Shown here in pieces: positions 43,195 through 55,198 of a DNA stretch of 64,000 nucleotides. The notes under the pieces are model-generated. The model saw only the letters and a list, made by a program, of their open reading frames with translations. It did no database searches and had not been told where the DNA came from. Origin of the DNA: Escherichia coli (GTDB taxonomy: Bacteria > Pseudomonadota > Gammaproteobacteria > Enterobacterales > Enterobacteriaceae). The stretch lies in NCBI RefSeq assembly GCF_001677475.2, contig NZ_CP015229.1. The stretch is one strand, 5' to 3'. Within the stretch, counting starts at the first letter, position 1. Each line of letters opens with the position of its first letter. Made by a program: the position numbers and the translations under genes.

Positions 43195-43776
43195 ATGAGC
43201 AACATCCTGATTATCAACGGCGCGAAAAAATTCGCCCACTCCAATGGTCAACTGAACGACACCCTGACCGAAGTCGCGGATGGCACACTGCGCGACCTCG
43301 GGCATGATGTCCGCATCGTTCGCGCCGACAGCGACTACGATGTCAAAGCGGAAGTACAAAACTTTCTCTGGGCTGATGTGGTGATCTGGCAGATGCCAGG
43401 CTGGTGGATGGGCGCGCCGTGGACAGTGAAAAAATACATTGATGATGTATTCACCGAAGGTCACGGGACTCTGTATGCCAGCGATGGTCGTACCCGCAAA
43501 GATCCGTCGAAAAAATACGGCTCCGGCGGCCTGGTACAGGGCAAAAAATATATGCTTTCTCTGACCTGGAACGCACCAATGGAAGCCTTCACCGAAAAAG
43601 ATCAGTTCTTCCACGGCGTTGGCGTTGACGGTGTGTATCTGCCGTTCCATAAAGCAAACCAATTCCTCGGTATGGAACCGCTGCCGACATTTATCGCTAA
43701 TGACGTGATAAAAATGCCTGATGTTCCCCGCTATACTGAAGAATATCGCAAGCATCTTGTGGAAATTTTTGGTTAA
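43195..43776 (+). CDS. mdaB: NADPH:quinone oxidoreductase, flavodoxin-like (193 aa)
   Basis: MSNILIINGAKKFAHSNGQLNDTL. Confidence 0.95.
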   Translation: MSNILIINGAKKFAHSNGQLNDTLTEVADGTLRDLGHDVRIVRADSDYDVKAEVQNFLWADVVIWQMPGWWMGAPWTVKKYIDDVFTEGHGTLYASDGRTRKDPSKKYGSGGLVQGKKYMLSLTWNAPMEAFTEKDQFFHGVGVDGVYLPFHKANQFLGMEPLPTFIANDVIKMPDVPRYTEEYRKHLVEIFG

Positions 43777-43806
43777 CTAGAGCTCAGGCTTTAGAAGGAG
43801 TTAACC

Positions 43807-44121
43807 ATGCTTACCGTAATCGCAGAAATCCGTACTCGTCCTGGTCAACATCACCGTCAGGCGGTATTGGATCAGTTTGCTAAAATCGTTCCAACCGTAC
43901 TGAAGGAAGAAGGTTGCCACGGCTATGCGCCGATGGTGGATTGCGCTGCTGGCGTGAGTTTCCAGTCTATGGCGCCGGACTCTATCGTGATGATTGAGCA
44001 GTGGGAAAGCATCGCGCATCTTGAAGCGCACTTGCAGACCCCGCACATGAAAGCGTACAGCGAGGCCGTAAAAGGCGATGTGCTGGAGATGAATATCCGC
44101 ATCCTGCAACCGGGGATTTAA
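43807..44121 (+). CDS. ygiN: Quinol monooxygenase, ABM domain (104 aa)
   Basis: MLTVIAEIRTRPGQHHRQAVLDQF. Confidence 0.95.
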   Translation: MLTVIAEIRTRPGQHHRQAVLDQFAKIVPTVLKEEGCHGYAPMVDCAAGVSFQSMAPDSIVMIEQWESIAHLEAHLQTPHMKAYSEAVKGDVLEMNIRILQPGI

Positions 44122-44130
44122 CATTCCTGA

Positions 44131-44158
44131 AAAGAGGCCGGTGTTGCTACCGGCCTCA
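44131..44158. terminator. Terminator hairpin at the left island junction (between ygiN and the island regulator gene)
   Basis: gaggccggt-gttgct-accggcctc; T-run on the minus strand. Confidence 0.6.
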
Positions 44159-44165
44159 GGTCAGA

Positions 44166-45053
44166 TTAGCCATTCTTTCTTCCCGTTTTCAAACCCCGAT
44201 GGAAATCGTTAATTCGCTTAATGGTTTTAACCGCACGCTGCGGCATCGCGGAAGCCACCGACCAGACAATCATTTCCAGGCACAACAATACCGTACCATG
44301 TAGTGGCGTTTTCCCCTTTTCATCCCCGCGCGGAACATGAATCACGATACTGGCGTCTTTGCTAAAACGTGAATCCAGCGCGTTTGTCAGCAAAATAACA
44401 GGGATCCCCAGCCGCCTCGCCTCACGAAGCGTTGTCAGCCCTTCCCGGTGCGCAGATTTTTGCGCCATCATGATCAGAACATCGCCACGTTGAAGCGCGA
44501 TCAGTTGCTCGGCAAGGCCAATACCCGTACGGTTTAGTGCCGTGGCAGGCAAACCTATGCGGTTGAATAGTCGTGCGGTATAGTCCGCCAGAATACCCGA
44601 AGCGCCAATGCCAAAAATTGCGACTTGCCGTGCCTGCACCAACAACGCTACCGCTTGCGCAAGCGCGTGGCGGTTTTCAGGCTCTGACAGGACATTACAA
44701 GTATACAAATGCCCTTCAAGAACAAAGTCGATTGCGGTGTTAACATCGCTCGTCAAGTTACTCACCGTCGTAGACATCTTTTCGCTGGAACTAAGGGCTG
44801 GACCAAGCCACTGTTCCAGAGTGCGTCTCAGATCACGCAGCCCGGCAAACCCCAGAGCCTGTATAGCCCTGATAACTGTGGCATCGGAAGTGTTCAACGT
44901 GGCCGCAATTTCCATCGCCGTTTGCTCGAGTACCACTTCACGATGCTCATTAATGTAGCTTGCGACAGCTCTTAACCCAGGCGTTAACTGACTCGCGCGA
45001 GTGCGAAAACGCTCACCATAAATATCAACCCGCGTTTTGTCTTTCTGGATCAT
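44166..45053 (-). CDS. RpiR/MurR-family transcriptional regulator, HTH plus SIS domain (295 aa); candidate regulator of the adjacent iron-uptake genes
   Basis: N-terminal HTH (TAMEIAATLNTSDATVIRAIQALGFAGLRDL) and C-terminal sugar-isomerase-type domain; start overlaps the upstream SBP gene stop (4 nt). Confidence 0.8.
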   Translation of the reverse strand: MIQKDKTRVDIYGERFRTRASQLTPGLRAVASYINEHREVVLEQTAMEIAATLNTSDATVIRAIQALGFAGLRDLRRTLEQWLGPALSSSEKMSTTVSNLTSDVNTAIDFVLEGHLYTCNVLSEPENRHALAQAVALLVQARQVAIFGIGASGILADYTARLFNRIGLPATALNRTGIGLAEQLIALQRGDVLIMMAQKSAHREGLTTLREARRLGIPVILLTNALDSRFSKDASIVIHVPRGDEKGKTPLHGTVLLCLEMIVWSVASAMPQRAVKTIKRINDFHRGLKTGRKNG

Positions 45054-45997
45054 TTAGCCTCCGGTAGAGGTCGTCCCGCAATTTGTGATTGTATCTGCGC
45101 AGCCATCAGCCCCAGAGATGCAAAGGAGTTAGAAATCGCCTCTTCACGAGAAATCAGCACATAGCGCCCGGAACGACAGGCCGTCAGAAACTGACACCAT
45201 CCCGGCATGACTTTTTCCATTGCTGCCAGCTCATCCTGAGGTTTACCACCGGTGTCACCGCGCCAGGTTGCAAAAACAAAATCGGCATCCAGTTCAGGTA
45301 AACGCTCTGCGCTCACATCCATTCGCCCACCTTCAGGAATGCTCTCAATCAGCGGCGGAAAGCGAAAACCAGCATCGCGTAATACCCGCCCCAGCGAATG
45401 ATAGCTATGCATCACATTAATTTTTCCCTGATTTGCCTGAATCACCGATACCGTTATTTTTTGGCTGTCCAGCGTCGCCTTCAGCGCATTGATTTGTGCC
45501 TGATAGCGGCGTTCAAGTATCGCCAGCTGCGACTGCGTTCCTGTAAGTTCTGCCAGCTTGCGGTAGATTTCTGGCGCGCCTCCTTTGAGATGATCAATGC
45601 TCACCGTGGGCGCAATTTTTTCCAGTTGTTCAATGGGCGTATTACGGGTCGGTTCTGTGATGATCAGGTCAGGCTTTGCCGCCACAATCGCTTCAATATC
45701 AATATCAGCGGTGCCAATAAAAGCGATCGATGAATTATCAAAGTCGACACCTGTCAATAACGCGCCTGATCGAATGAAATGGCTACCGTCAGGCCGGGTT
45801 CGCCCGTGGCTGGCGACAGGAGGTACACCGAGCTCAATCAGAGGAATAGTGATATCAAGATCGTGTAAAGAGACAATTCTCTTTGGATGAGCAGGAACAG
45901 TGACTTTGCGCCCTAAATCATCAGTAAAGACCTGAACAGGTTCTGTCGCGCGGGCAAAGAATGACAACAGTATCAGCAGAGAAAAAAATAAACGCAT
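45050..45997 (-). CDS. Periplasmic iron-siderophore ABC substrate-binding protein, FecB/FhuD-like
   Basis: Signal peptide MRLFFSLLILLSFFARA; cluster-8 SBP architecture. Start at Met22 of track ORF to avoid overlap with the upstream permease. Confidence 0.8.
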   Translation of the reverse strand: MRLFFSLLILLSFFARATEPVQVFTDDLGRKVTVPAHPKRIVSLHDLDITIPLIELGVPPVASHGRTRPDGSHFIRSGALLTGVDFDNSSIAFIGTADIDIEAIVAAKPDLIITEPTRNTPIEQLEKIAPTVSIDHLKGGAPEIYRKLAELTGTQSQLAILERRYQAQINALKATLDSQKITVSVIQANQGKINVMHSYHSLGRVLRDAGFRFPPLIESIPEGGRMDVSAERLPELDADFVFATWRGDTGGKPQDELAAMEKVMPGWCQFLTACRSGRYVLISREEAISNSFASLGLMAAQIQSQIAGRPLPEAK

Positions 45998-46007
45998 ATA
46001 ACTCCCA

Positions 46008-47057
46008 TTAAAAACTGTTCCTGCGCTGCCAGAGCAGTAGCAAAAAGAATGGTCCACCAATCAATGAAATAATGATTCCGGCAGGCAGTTGCAAAGGCAA
46101 AAAAGCCAAACGACCAATGCTATCCGCCAGGATGACTAACAACGCCCCCGATACGGCGCTCCCCAGCAGTAATGTCGTCTGCCCGCCACGTAGAATAAAA
46201 CGTGATATATGGGGTGCTATCAATCCGACAAAACCGATGTTACCAACACACGAAACGCAGACGGCTGTCAGGATTATTGGTGCGGCGACACGTAACAACG
46301 CCAGACGAGAACTATTCACCCCTAACCCGGTTGCAACCTGATGACCAAGCAGAGCGATATCCGCCGTCCTGGCGGTGAACAGCAATAAAAGAGCGGCTGG
46401 CAACATCCAACAGGCTGAAATACCGACTAACATCCAGTTAGCTGCATGCAGGCTTCCCGATAACCACATCAATGCAGTTTGTACATCTCGAACATCTGCA
46501 GTGGTCATAAATACACCGATACCGGCGGCGAAAAACCAGGAAACACCAATACCAATCAGAACAAATCGCGGGCGGGAAATATCGCGTGCACAAAAAATCA
46601 CGATTAAAGCCACCAACAAGCCACCAGCAAGACCAGCCACTGGACGCCAGAACATTCCCAGCATTGGAAACTGGAAGATCAGCCACAGCACCGCCACGCT
46701 ACATCCTTCTTTGACGCCGATTAAACCAGGATCGGCAAGGCCGTTACGCGCAATGGATTGCATCGCGGCCCCCGCCATACCTAACATGGCTCCGCATAGC
46801 AATGCCATGATGACTCTCGGCAAGCGAATATCCTGCACAATATAACGTGCGTCTGTGCTTACGTTTTCTGGAGCAAACAACGCTCGTCCTACTTCCGATG
46901 CCGGGACAGAAAAAGAACCATGCATCAGACCGAATATCAGTATTCCAACCGCAAACAGAAACAGCCCACCAAGCAACACCAGATTTTTAGGGCGTACCAG
47001 TGTCGAAAACTTACCAACACGTAGTGGACGTAGCCCGACGTTCATTATCCGACTCAT
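46008..47057 (-). CDS. Iron-siderophore ABC permease, FecCD family (349 aa)
   Basis: Polytopic membrane protein with FecCD-type glycine-rich helices. Confidence 0.85.
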   Translation of the reverse strand: MSRIMNVGLRPLRVGKFSTLVRPKNLVLLGGLFLFAVGILIFGLMHGSFSVPASEVGRALFAPENVSTDARYIVQDIRLPRVIMALLCGAMLGMAGAAMQSIARNGLADPGLIGVKEGCSVAVLWLIFQFPMLGMFWRPVAGLAGGLLVALIVIFCARDISRPRFVLIGIGVSWFFAAGIGVFMTTADVRDVQTALMWLSGSLHAANWMLVGISACWMLPAALLLLFTARTADIALLGHQVATGLGVNSSRLALLRVAAPIILTAVCVSCVGNIGFVGLIAPHISRFILRGGQTTLLLGSAVSGALLVILADSIGRLAFLPLQLPAGIIISLIGGPFFLLLLWQRRNSF

Positions 47058-48037
47058 TTGAACATCCTCGTCGCCATAATGACAAAAACAGGCGCACCAA
47101 CTAACGCCGTCATGACACCGGTCGCTAACTCATGGGGCGTGAAAAGCGTCCGAGCAATAATATCTGCCAGTAATAACAAAAGCGCGCCGACACAAGCTGA
47201 AAGAGGGAGCAGAACGCGCAGATCCGCTGATACCAGACGCCTGACAATCTGCGGTACTAGCAGGCCGACAAAACCAATGGGGCCAGCAATCGATACGGCT
47301 GCGCCACAGAGCAACGCGATCGCAAGCAGAGTGAATGTTCGCGTGCGGAGTACCGAGACGCCCAGCCCCTGCGCCATGCGATCACCCAGTGCCAACATGT
47401 TAAGAGAGGGCGCAAGGTAAATGGCTAACACAACCCCCCCCAGAGAAAACCAGGCGGACGTACCCAGCGTCGCCCAATCCTGCCCCGCTAAATCACCTGC
47501 TAGCCATGTCCGCATCGCCAGCAGTGTTTGTTCGTCAAGAATCAGGATTGCAGCCGTTATTGAGGACACGAACGCCGATAGCGCCACGCCGCATAAAGTA
47601 ACTTTCATTGGCGTTAACCCTGAACGCCCTGCGGAGGAAAGCAGCAATATCAACAGGAACAATAACGCGCCCCCCGTAGATGCCAGCAGTGGGCGTCCAA
47701 CCGGAAAGGCCAGTCCAAGCGCACTGGCGGCAACGACAGCAAGAGCGGCTCCGGCATTTAAGCCTAAAATATGTGGCTCCCCCAATGGGTTACGAATGAC
47801 AGCCTGCAACAAAGCACCAGCAACTCCAAGAGAAGCACCGGTAAGCAATGCTGCCGCTAAACGCGGCAAACGGAGTCTTACAATTACGTTGTGATCGAAG
47901 TTTTGCGGTTCAAAATGAAGAAATGCCTGCAACACCGTTTGTGGTGCAATAAATCGGGCACCAATCCCTGGATATACCACGCATCCCACCAGCAGTAAGG
48001 CGAGGAAAATTACAGTAACCAGCCCTGTGCGCATCAT
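47054..48037 (-). CDS. Iron-siderophore ABC permease, FecCD family (327 aa)
   Basis: Paralogous to the adjacent permease; 4-nt overlaps on both sides. Confidence 0.85.
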   Translation of the reverse strand: MMRTGLVTVIFLALLLVGCVVYPGIGARFIAPQTVLQAFLHFEPQNFDHNVIVRLRLPRLAAALLTGASLGVAGALLQAVIRNPLGEPHILGLNAGAALAVVAASALGLAFPVGRPLLASTGGALLFLLILLLSSAGRSGLTPMKVTLCGVALSAFVSSITAAILILDEQTLLAMRTWLAGDLAGQDWATLGTSAWFSLGGVVLAIYLAPSLNMLALGDRMAQGLGVSVLRTRTFTLLAIALLCGAAVSIAGPIGFVGLLVPQIVRRLVSADLRVLLPLSACVGALLLLLADIIARTLFTPHELATGVMTALVGAPVFVIMATRMFK

Positions 48038-48843
48038 ACTTTTTCTACACCACGAAACGGCATGAAGAACGGCTTTCCCGTCAGAGGATTTATTGATGCG
48101 TGAACATCAACGTCAAAGACAGCTTTTACCAGCTCAGGCGTGCAATGCTCCCCCTCATTCAACACACGCACCACTTTCCCCTGGCGTAAAAATATCAACG
48201 TATCGCCATAATTGACGGCAAAATTCAGATCATGCAACACCACGACGACTGTACGCCCGTGATGACGCGTTAAGTCATGTAATAACTCAAGAATTTCAAC
48301 CTGATAACGTAAATCAAGCCAGGTTGTGGGTTCATCCAGCAGGATATAAGGCGTCTTTTGCGCCAACACCATCGCAATCCAGCAACGCTGGCGCTGCCCA
48401 CCAGAGAGTTTTTCAACCGGTAAATGTGCAAACTCCTGCGTACCGGTTAATTTCAGGGCCTCTTCTACCGCCTGCTCGTCGGCGTCGCTCCATTGACGTA
48501 TGAAATTTTGCCAGGGAAAACGCCCACGCGACACCAGTTCATAAACGGTTAAGCCCTCCGGCAATAATGGCGACTGCGGCAAGATCCCAAGTCTACGGGA
48601 TAACGCTTTCGTTGGTTGCTCGTGAATCGCTTTACCATCCAGCAATATAGAGCCGCCCATAGGCTGCAAGATACGTGCAATGGTGCTGAGCAACGTCGAC
48701 TTTCCACAGCCGTTTGCCCCAACCAGAACGGTCATTTTTTCTGTGGGAACGGAGAAAGAAACACCATCAACAATGATCTTCTTGTGATACCCGGCAGAAA
48801 CATTGTCGAGGATCAGCCCCTGCCCTTTTGCGTTATGTGCCAC
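48034..48843 (-). CDS. Iron-siderophore ABC ATPase, FecE/FepC-like (269 aa)
   Basis: Walker A GANGCGKST, signature LSGGQRQR, Walker B ILLDEP. Confidence 0.9.
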   Translation of the reverse strand: MAHNAKGQGLILDNVSAGYHKKIIVDGVSFSVPTEKMTVLVGANGCGKSTLLSTIARILQPMGGSILLDGKAIHEQPTKALSRRLGILPQSPLLPEGLTVYELVSRGRFPWQNFIRQWSDADEQAVEEALKLTGTQEFAHLPVEKLSGGQRQRCWIAMVLAQKTPYILLDEPTTWLDLRYQVEILELLHDLTRHHGRTVVVVLHDLNFAVNYGDTLIFLRQGKVVRVLNEGEHCTPELVKAVFDVDVHASINPLTGKPFFMPFRGVEKV

Positions 48844-49216
48844 GTGTACGCCAACTTAATCAAAGACAAACAAAAATAAAACTCATTCTCTTTTGAGAGT
48901 TTGACGCCACAAAATGTAGTAGTCAAGAAGTTAAAATCCATACAAAAACAAGGTAAATAACAGGTGAAATATTTTTAAAGATAAAAATAAAATCATTAAA
49001 TATTAATAAATTACCATCAATTAAATTGCATTAACCTCTCATAAAAACACATGTAGCAATTTTTTGTTATTTCTCATTTACTACTACATTACCGCATGGT
49101 TGAATGATTCTCAATTACATATCCGATGGTGAAATAACAAACGGATAGTGCTTAGTGAGCAACAAGAAACAATTTTCACTCACGACAATCCGTGAGTTTT
49201 TGGGATAACAGACTAA
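48844..49216. promoter_or_regulatory. AT-rich divergent promoter region of the iron-uptake island with candidate Fur boxes
   Basis: 373-bp AT-rich spacer; ttgaatgattctcaattac and aaaatcattaaatattaat resemble the Fur-box consensus. Confidence 0.45.
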
Positions 49217-51358
49217 ATGGCTAAGTTCACACCTTCATTCTCAGGAATCAAAGGTCGGGCGCTCTTTTCACTGCTCTTTGCAGCACCGATGATTCATGCA
49301 ACCGACACTGCAACGACCAAAGATGGCGAAACAATCACTGTTACAGCGGATGCAAATACCGCAACTGAGGCGACCGATGGTTATCAACCTCTGAGCACCT
49401 CCACGGCGACATTAACCGATATGCCGATGCTGGATATCCCGCAAGTGGTCAATACGGTTAGCGATCAGGTTCTGGAAAATCAGAATGCGACGACGCTGGA
49501 TGAGGCACTTTATAACGTCAGTAACGTGGTACAGACCAATACATTAGGCGGAACTCAGGACGCCTTTGTACGTCGTGGGTTTGGTGCTAACCGGGATGGC
49601 TCCATCCTGACCAACGGTCTGCGAACCGTACTTCCTCGCAGCTTCAACGCTGCAACAGAACGTGTGGAAGTGCTAAAAGGCCCGGCCTCCACGCTGTATG
49701 GCATTCTTGATCCTGGCGGACTGATTAACGTCGTGACAAAGCGCCCGGAAAAAACATTCCATGGTTCTGTATCAGCCACGTCCTCCAGTTTTGGCGGAGG
49801 CACTGGGCAACTGGATATCACAGGTCCCATTGAAGGCACTCAGCTGGCATACCGCCTGACGGGGGAAGTGCAGGATGAAGATTACTGGCGGAATTTCGGT
49901 AAAGAGCGCAGCACATTTATTGCCCCATCACTCACCTGGTTTGGTGATAATGCAACAGTAACCATGCTCTATTCACATCGGGATTATAAAACGCCGTTCG
50001 ATCGTGGAACGATTTTCGACCTTACGACGAAACAGCCCGTAAACGTTGATCGAAAAATACGTTTCGACGAACCGTTTAATATTACAGATGGTCAGTCCGA
50101 TCTGGCGCAACTCAACGCAGAATATCATCTCAATAGCCAGTGGACAGCGCGCTTTGATTACAGCTACAGCCAGGATAAATACAGCGATAATCAGGCTCGT
50201 GTTACCGCGTATGATGCAACGACAGGAACGCTGACACGGCGTGTTGATGCAACTCAGGGATCTACCCAGCGTATGCATTCTACTCGTGCGGATCTACAAG
50301 GGAATGTTGATATTGCTGGATTCTATAATGAGATTCTGGGTGGGGTGTCATATGAATATTATGATCTTCTGCGGACAGATATGATCCGCTGTAAAAACGC
50401 TAAAGATTTCAATATCTACAACCCTGTTTATGGCAATACCAGCAAATGCACAACGGTCTCGGCGTCGGACAGCGATCAGACGATCAAACAAGAGAGCTAC
50501 TCAGCATATGCGCAAGATGCGCTCTATCTGACCGATAACTGGATTGCCGTCGCTGGGATCCGCTATCAGTATTACACGCAGTATGCGGGTAAAGGCCGTC
50601 CTTTTAATGTCAATACTGACAGCCGCGATGAACAATGGACGCCCAAACTGGGGTTGGTCTACAAACTGACGCCATCGGTATCCTTATTTGCCAATTATTC
50701 GCAAACATTTATGCCGCAATCGTCAATTGCCAGCTACATTGGCGATCTTCCACCGGAATCATCTAATGCTTACGAAGTCGGGGCAAAAGTCGAGCTGTTC
50801 GATGGTATAACCGCAGATATTGCGCTGTTTGATATCCATAAACGTAACGTGTTGTATACCGAAAGTATTGGTGATGAAACCATCGCCAAAACGGCAGGCC
50901 GCGTTCGTTCAAGAGGGGTAGAAGTCGACCTTGCGGGAGCATTAACTGAAAACATTAATATCATTGCCAGCTACGGCTATACCGATGCTAAGGTTCTGGA
51001 AGATCCTGATTATGCAGGGAAACCATTGCCGAATGTTCCTCGTCATACCGGTTCGCTATTCCTGACCTATAACATTCATAACATGCCAGGCAATAACACA
51101 CTGACGTTTGGCGGTGGTGGACATGGCGTAAGCCGTCGTTCGGCAACCAATGGGGCTGACTATTATCTGCCAGGCTATTTCGTTGCCGATGCCTTCGCCG
51201 CATACAAAATGAAATTGCAGTATCCGGTCACACTGCAATTAAACGTCAAAAACCTATTTGATAAAACGTATTACACCTCTTCCATCGCCACAAATAATCT
51301 GGGGAATCAGATTGGCGATCCGCGTGAAGTGCAATTCACGGTGAAAATGGAATTTTGA
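49217..51358 (+). CDS. TonB-dependent outer membrane siderophore receptor (713 aa)
   Basis: TonB box ETITVTA after the signal peptide; plug domain and C-terminal aromatic terminus (VKMEF). Confidence 0.9.
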   Translation: MAKFTPSFSGIKGRALFSLLFAAPMIHATDTATTKDGETITVTADANTATEATDGYQPLSTSTATLTDMPMLDIPQVVNTVSDQVLENQNATTLDEALYNVSNVVQTNTLGGTQDAFVRRGFGANRDGSILTNGLRTVLPRSFNAATERVEVLKGPASTLYGILDPGGLINVVTKRPEKTFHGSVSATSSSFGGGTGQLDITGPIEGTQLAYRLTGEVQDEDYWRNFGKERSTFIAPSLTWFGDNATVTMLYSHRDYKTPFDRGTIFDLTTKQPVNVDRKIRFDEPFNITDGQSDLAQLNAEYHLNSQWTARFDYSYSQDKYSDNQARVTAYDATTGTLTRRVDATQGSTQRMHSTRADLQGNVDIAGFYNEILGGVSYEYYDLLRTDMIRCKNAKDFNIYNPVYGNTSKCTTVSASDSDQTIKQESYSAYAQDALYLTDNWIAVAGIRYQYYTQYAGKGRPFNVNTDSRDEQWTPKLGLVYKLTPSVSLFANYSQTFMPQSSIASYIGDLPPESSNAYEVGAKVELFDGITADIALFDIHKRNVLYTESIGDETIAKTAGRVRSRGVEVDLAGALTENINIIASYGYTDAKVLEDPDYAGKPLPNVPRHTGSLFLTYNIHNMPGNNTLTFGGGGHGVSRRSATNGADYYLPGYFVADAFAAYKMKLQYPVTLQLNVKNLFDKTYYTSSIATNNLGNQIGDPREVQFTVKMEF

Positions 51359-51400
51359 TCAAAAAAGCCCGGTATACACTTGTATACCGGGCTATGTTTT
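51359..51400. terminator. Bidirectional rho-independent terminator at the right island junction (receptor gene / parE)
   Basis: agcccggtataca...tgtataccgggct perfect inverted repeat flanked by A-run and T-run. Confidence 0.7.
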
Positions 51401-51421
51401 ATTCTTCTGGCGGGAGGATTA

Positions 51422-53317
<1,896 letters not shown>

Positions 53318-53342
53318 TTAAGTTAGCAATTCGAGTTGATCG

Positions 53343-53924
53343 TCAGAGATGGTGCAGACCAAGAAAATCGACGATCGGGTTGAAATAATCTTCGAAGCCC
53401 GTGAATGCGTGGTTGCCGCCTTCTATGACAGTCTGGCGGCAGGAAGCGTAGTACGCCACCGCCTGGCGGTAATCCAGCACTTCATCTCCCGTCTGTTGCA
53501 GCAGCCAGATCAAATCCGGCGCTTCCAGCGGGTCAATCTGCATGACTTTGAGATCGTAAATATGGCGTGACTCTAGCACATATTGCTGCCCGGTGTAGGG
53601 GTTCTCGTTCTGACCGAGATAGTCCGTCAGCAGTTCAAACGGGCGTACCGCCGGGTTTACCACCACTGCGGGCAGCATAAAACATTGCGACAACCAGGTG
53701 GCGTAATATCCCCCCAGTGACGAACCGACAATACCCAGCGAATCGCCGCCATGTTCCAGGACAATGGATTCCAGCAGTTCTGCCGCGTCGGAAGGATACG
53801 GCGGCAACTGCGGAATGATCATCTCTACGTCAGGGTGATGTTCCGCCAACCAGTTTTTTAACAAGCTCGCTTTTGCAGAGCGCGGCGAGCTGTTGAAACC
53901 GTGTAAATAAAGAAGCGTAGACAT
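53343..53924 (-). CDS. yqiA: Alpha/beta-fold esterase (193 aa)
   Basis: [19 protein letters not shown]; GSSLGG nucleophile elbow. Confidence 0.93.
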   Translation of the reverse strand: MSTLLYLHGFNSSPRSAKASLLKNWLAEHHPDVEMIIPQLPPYPSDAAELLESIVLEHGGDSLGIVGSSLGGYYATWLSQCFMLPAVVVNPAVRPFELLTDYLGQNENPYTGQQYVLESRHIYDLKVMQIDPLEAPDLIWLLQQTGDEVLDYRQAVAYYASCRQTVIEGGNHAFTGFEDYFNPIVDFLGLHHL

Positions 53925-54751
53925 CAGTAGCCTTCTGAAGCGGTATCAGGTTGGAAACGTGTGTCCGCCAGGCGATGCACCTCGGTGGTCAGCGTGCCAT
54001 CAGCATGTAACTCGAGAGTACGCCAGCCGGGCGCGATGGTGTCCAGCGTAAAGTTGGAACAGTGCGGCTTAAACTGCACACAGGTCGACGGTGTTGCCAG
54101 CAGGCGGCGACCGTTCCAGTCGAGATCCAGCTCCTGATGAATATGACCGCACAGCAAGTATTTGACGTGCGGAAACTTCGCCAGCACGGTATCCAGTTCG
54201 CCCGCATTACGCAGGCTGTGTTGGTCAAGCCAACTACAACCCGCAGGTAGCGGATGATGATGCAGCAGCAGCAACGTATGGCGTTCTGGCGCATCGGCCA
54301 GTTTACGTTCCAGCCACTCAAGCTGAAACTCGCTCAGCTCACCGTGCGGCACGCCAAACACCTGGCTATCCAGCAACAGGATTTGCCATTGCTCACCAAT
54401 AAACACCCGCTTCGCCGGGGAGATACCCGCATCCTGTAACGCGCTGTACATCGCGGGCTGGAAATCGTGGTTGCCCGGCAGCCAGACGCAGGGCGCACGA
54501 AAACTTGCGATGCCTTCAGCGAAATGCTGATAGGCCGCAGAGGATTGATCCTGCGCTAAATCACCTGTCGCGACAATCAGGTCGAATTCGTGCTGGTGTG
54601 GCCGAATCGCCTCCAGCACCGCCTGGTAGCTTTCCCAGGTGTTTACCCCTAACAGGGCTTCGTGCTTTTGCGCAAACAGGTGAGTGTCGGTAATTTGTAA
54701 AATCCTGACTCTGGCCTCACCAGCCAGAGGAAGGGTTAACAGGCTTTCCAA
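53924..54751 (-). CDS. cpdA: 3',5'-cyclic AMP phosphodiesterase (275 aa)
   Basis: Metallophosphoesterase motifs (DTH, GDL, GNHD). Confidence 0.95.
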   Translation of the reverse strand: MESLLTLPLAGEARVRILQITDTHLFAQKHEALLGVNTWESYQAVLEAIRPHQHEFDLIVATGDLAQDQSSAAYQHFAEGIASFRAPCVWLPGNHDFQPAMYSALQDAGISPAKRVFIGEQWQILLLDSQVFGVPHGELSEFQLEWLERKLADAPERHTLLLLHHHPLPAGCSWLDQHSLRNAGELDTVLAKFPHVKYLLCGHIHQELDLDWNGRRLLATPSTCVQFKPHCSNFTLDTIAPGWRTLELHADGTLTTEVHRLADTRFQPDTASEGY

Positions 54752-54775
54752 ATGGTGTCCTTAGGTTTCACGACG

Positions 54776-55198
54776 CTAGTAAACCGGAATCGCCATCGCT
54801 CCATGTGCTAAACAGTATCGCAACCAGTCCGCTAGAAACTGATTAATTTGATGCTTTTCGTCGCGTTGATGCAACTTTTTATTAGGATAATCATACCGCG
54901 CTTTGAAGCGAAAAATCTGCTGGCTTGAACACACTTCAGCCACCATCGCGTCATGATACAGACGCACCGTCATTGACGGAAGGCTCCAGTAACTGATAGC
55001 GGGCGCAGTCTGTTCTATTGTCACCAGGGTAGTGTATCGGGTCGATTCCACAATCGTTAGCCGATATTGTGCGTTTGCCACCTGATAGCTTACAGTTTCG
55101 CCGGGTGCGTCATTGCGCGGCAACAAACGGCGCAATTGTGAAAAGTTCATCTCGCACAGGCGCATCATTTCAGGAAAGTCAGGTGTGTAACGCTTCAT
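54776..55198 (-). CDS. yqiB: DUF1249 protein (140 aa)
   Basis: Length and position match K-12 yqiB. Confidence 0.9.

Noticed and set aside
44122-51421. Mobile-element origin of the iron-uptake island (integrase, transposase, flanking direct repeats)
   Set aside because: No integrase or transposase ORF, tRNA or obvious terminal repeat was found; the island is bounded only by terminator hairpins. Acquisition mechanism cannot be called from sequence alone.
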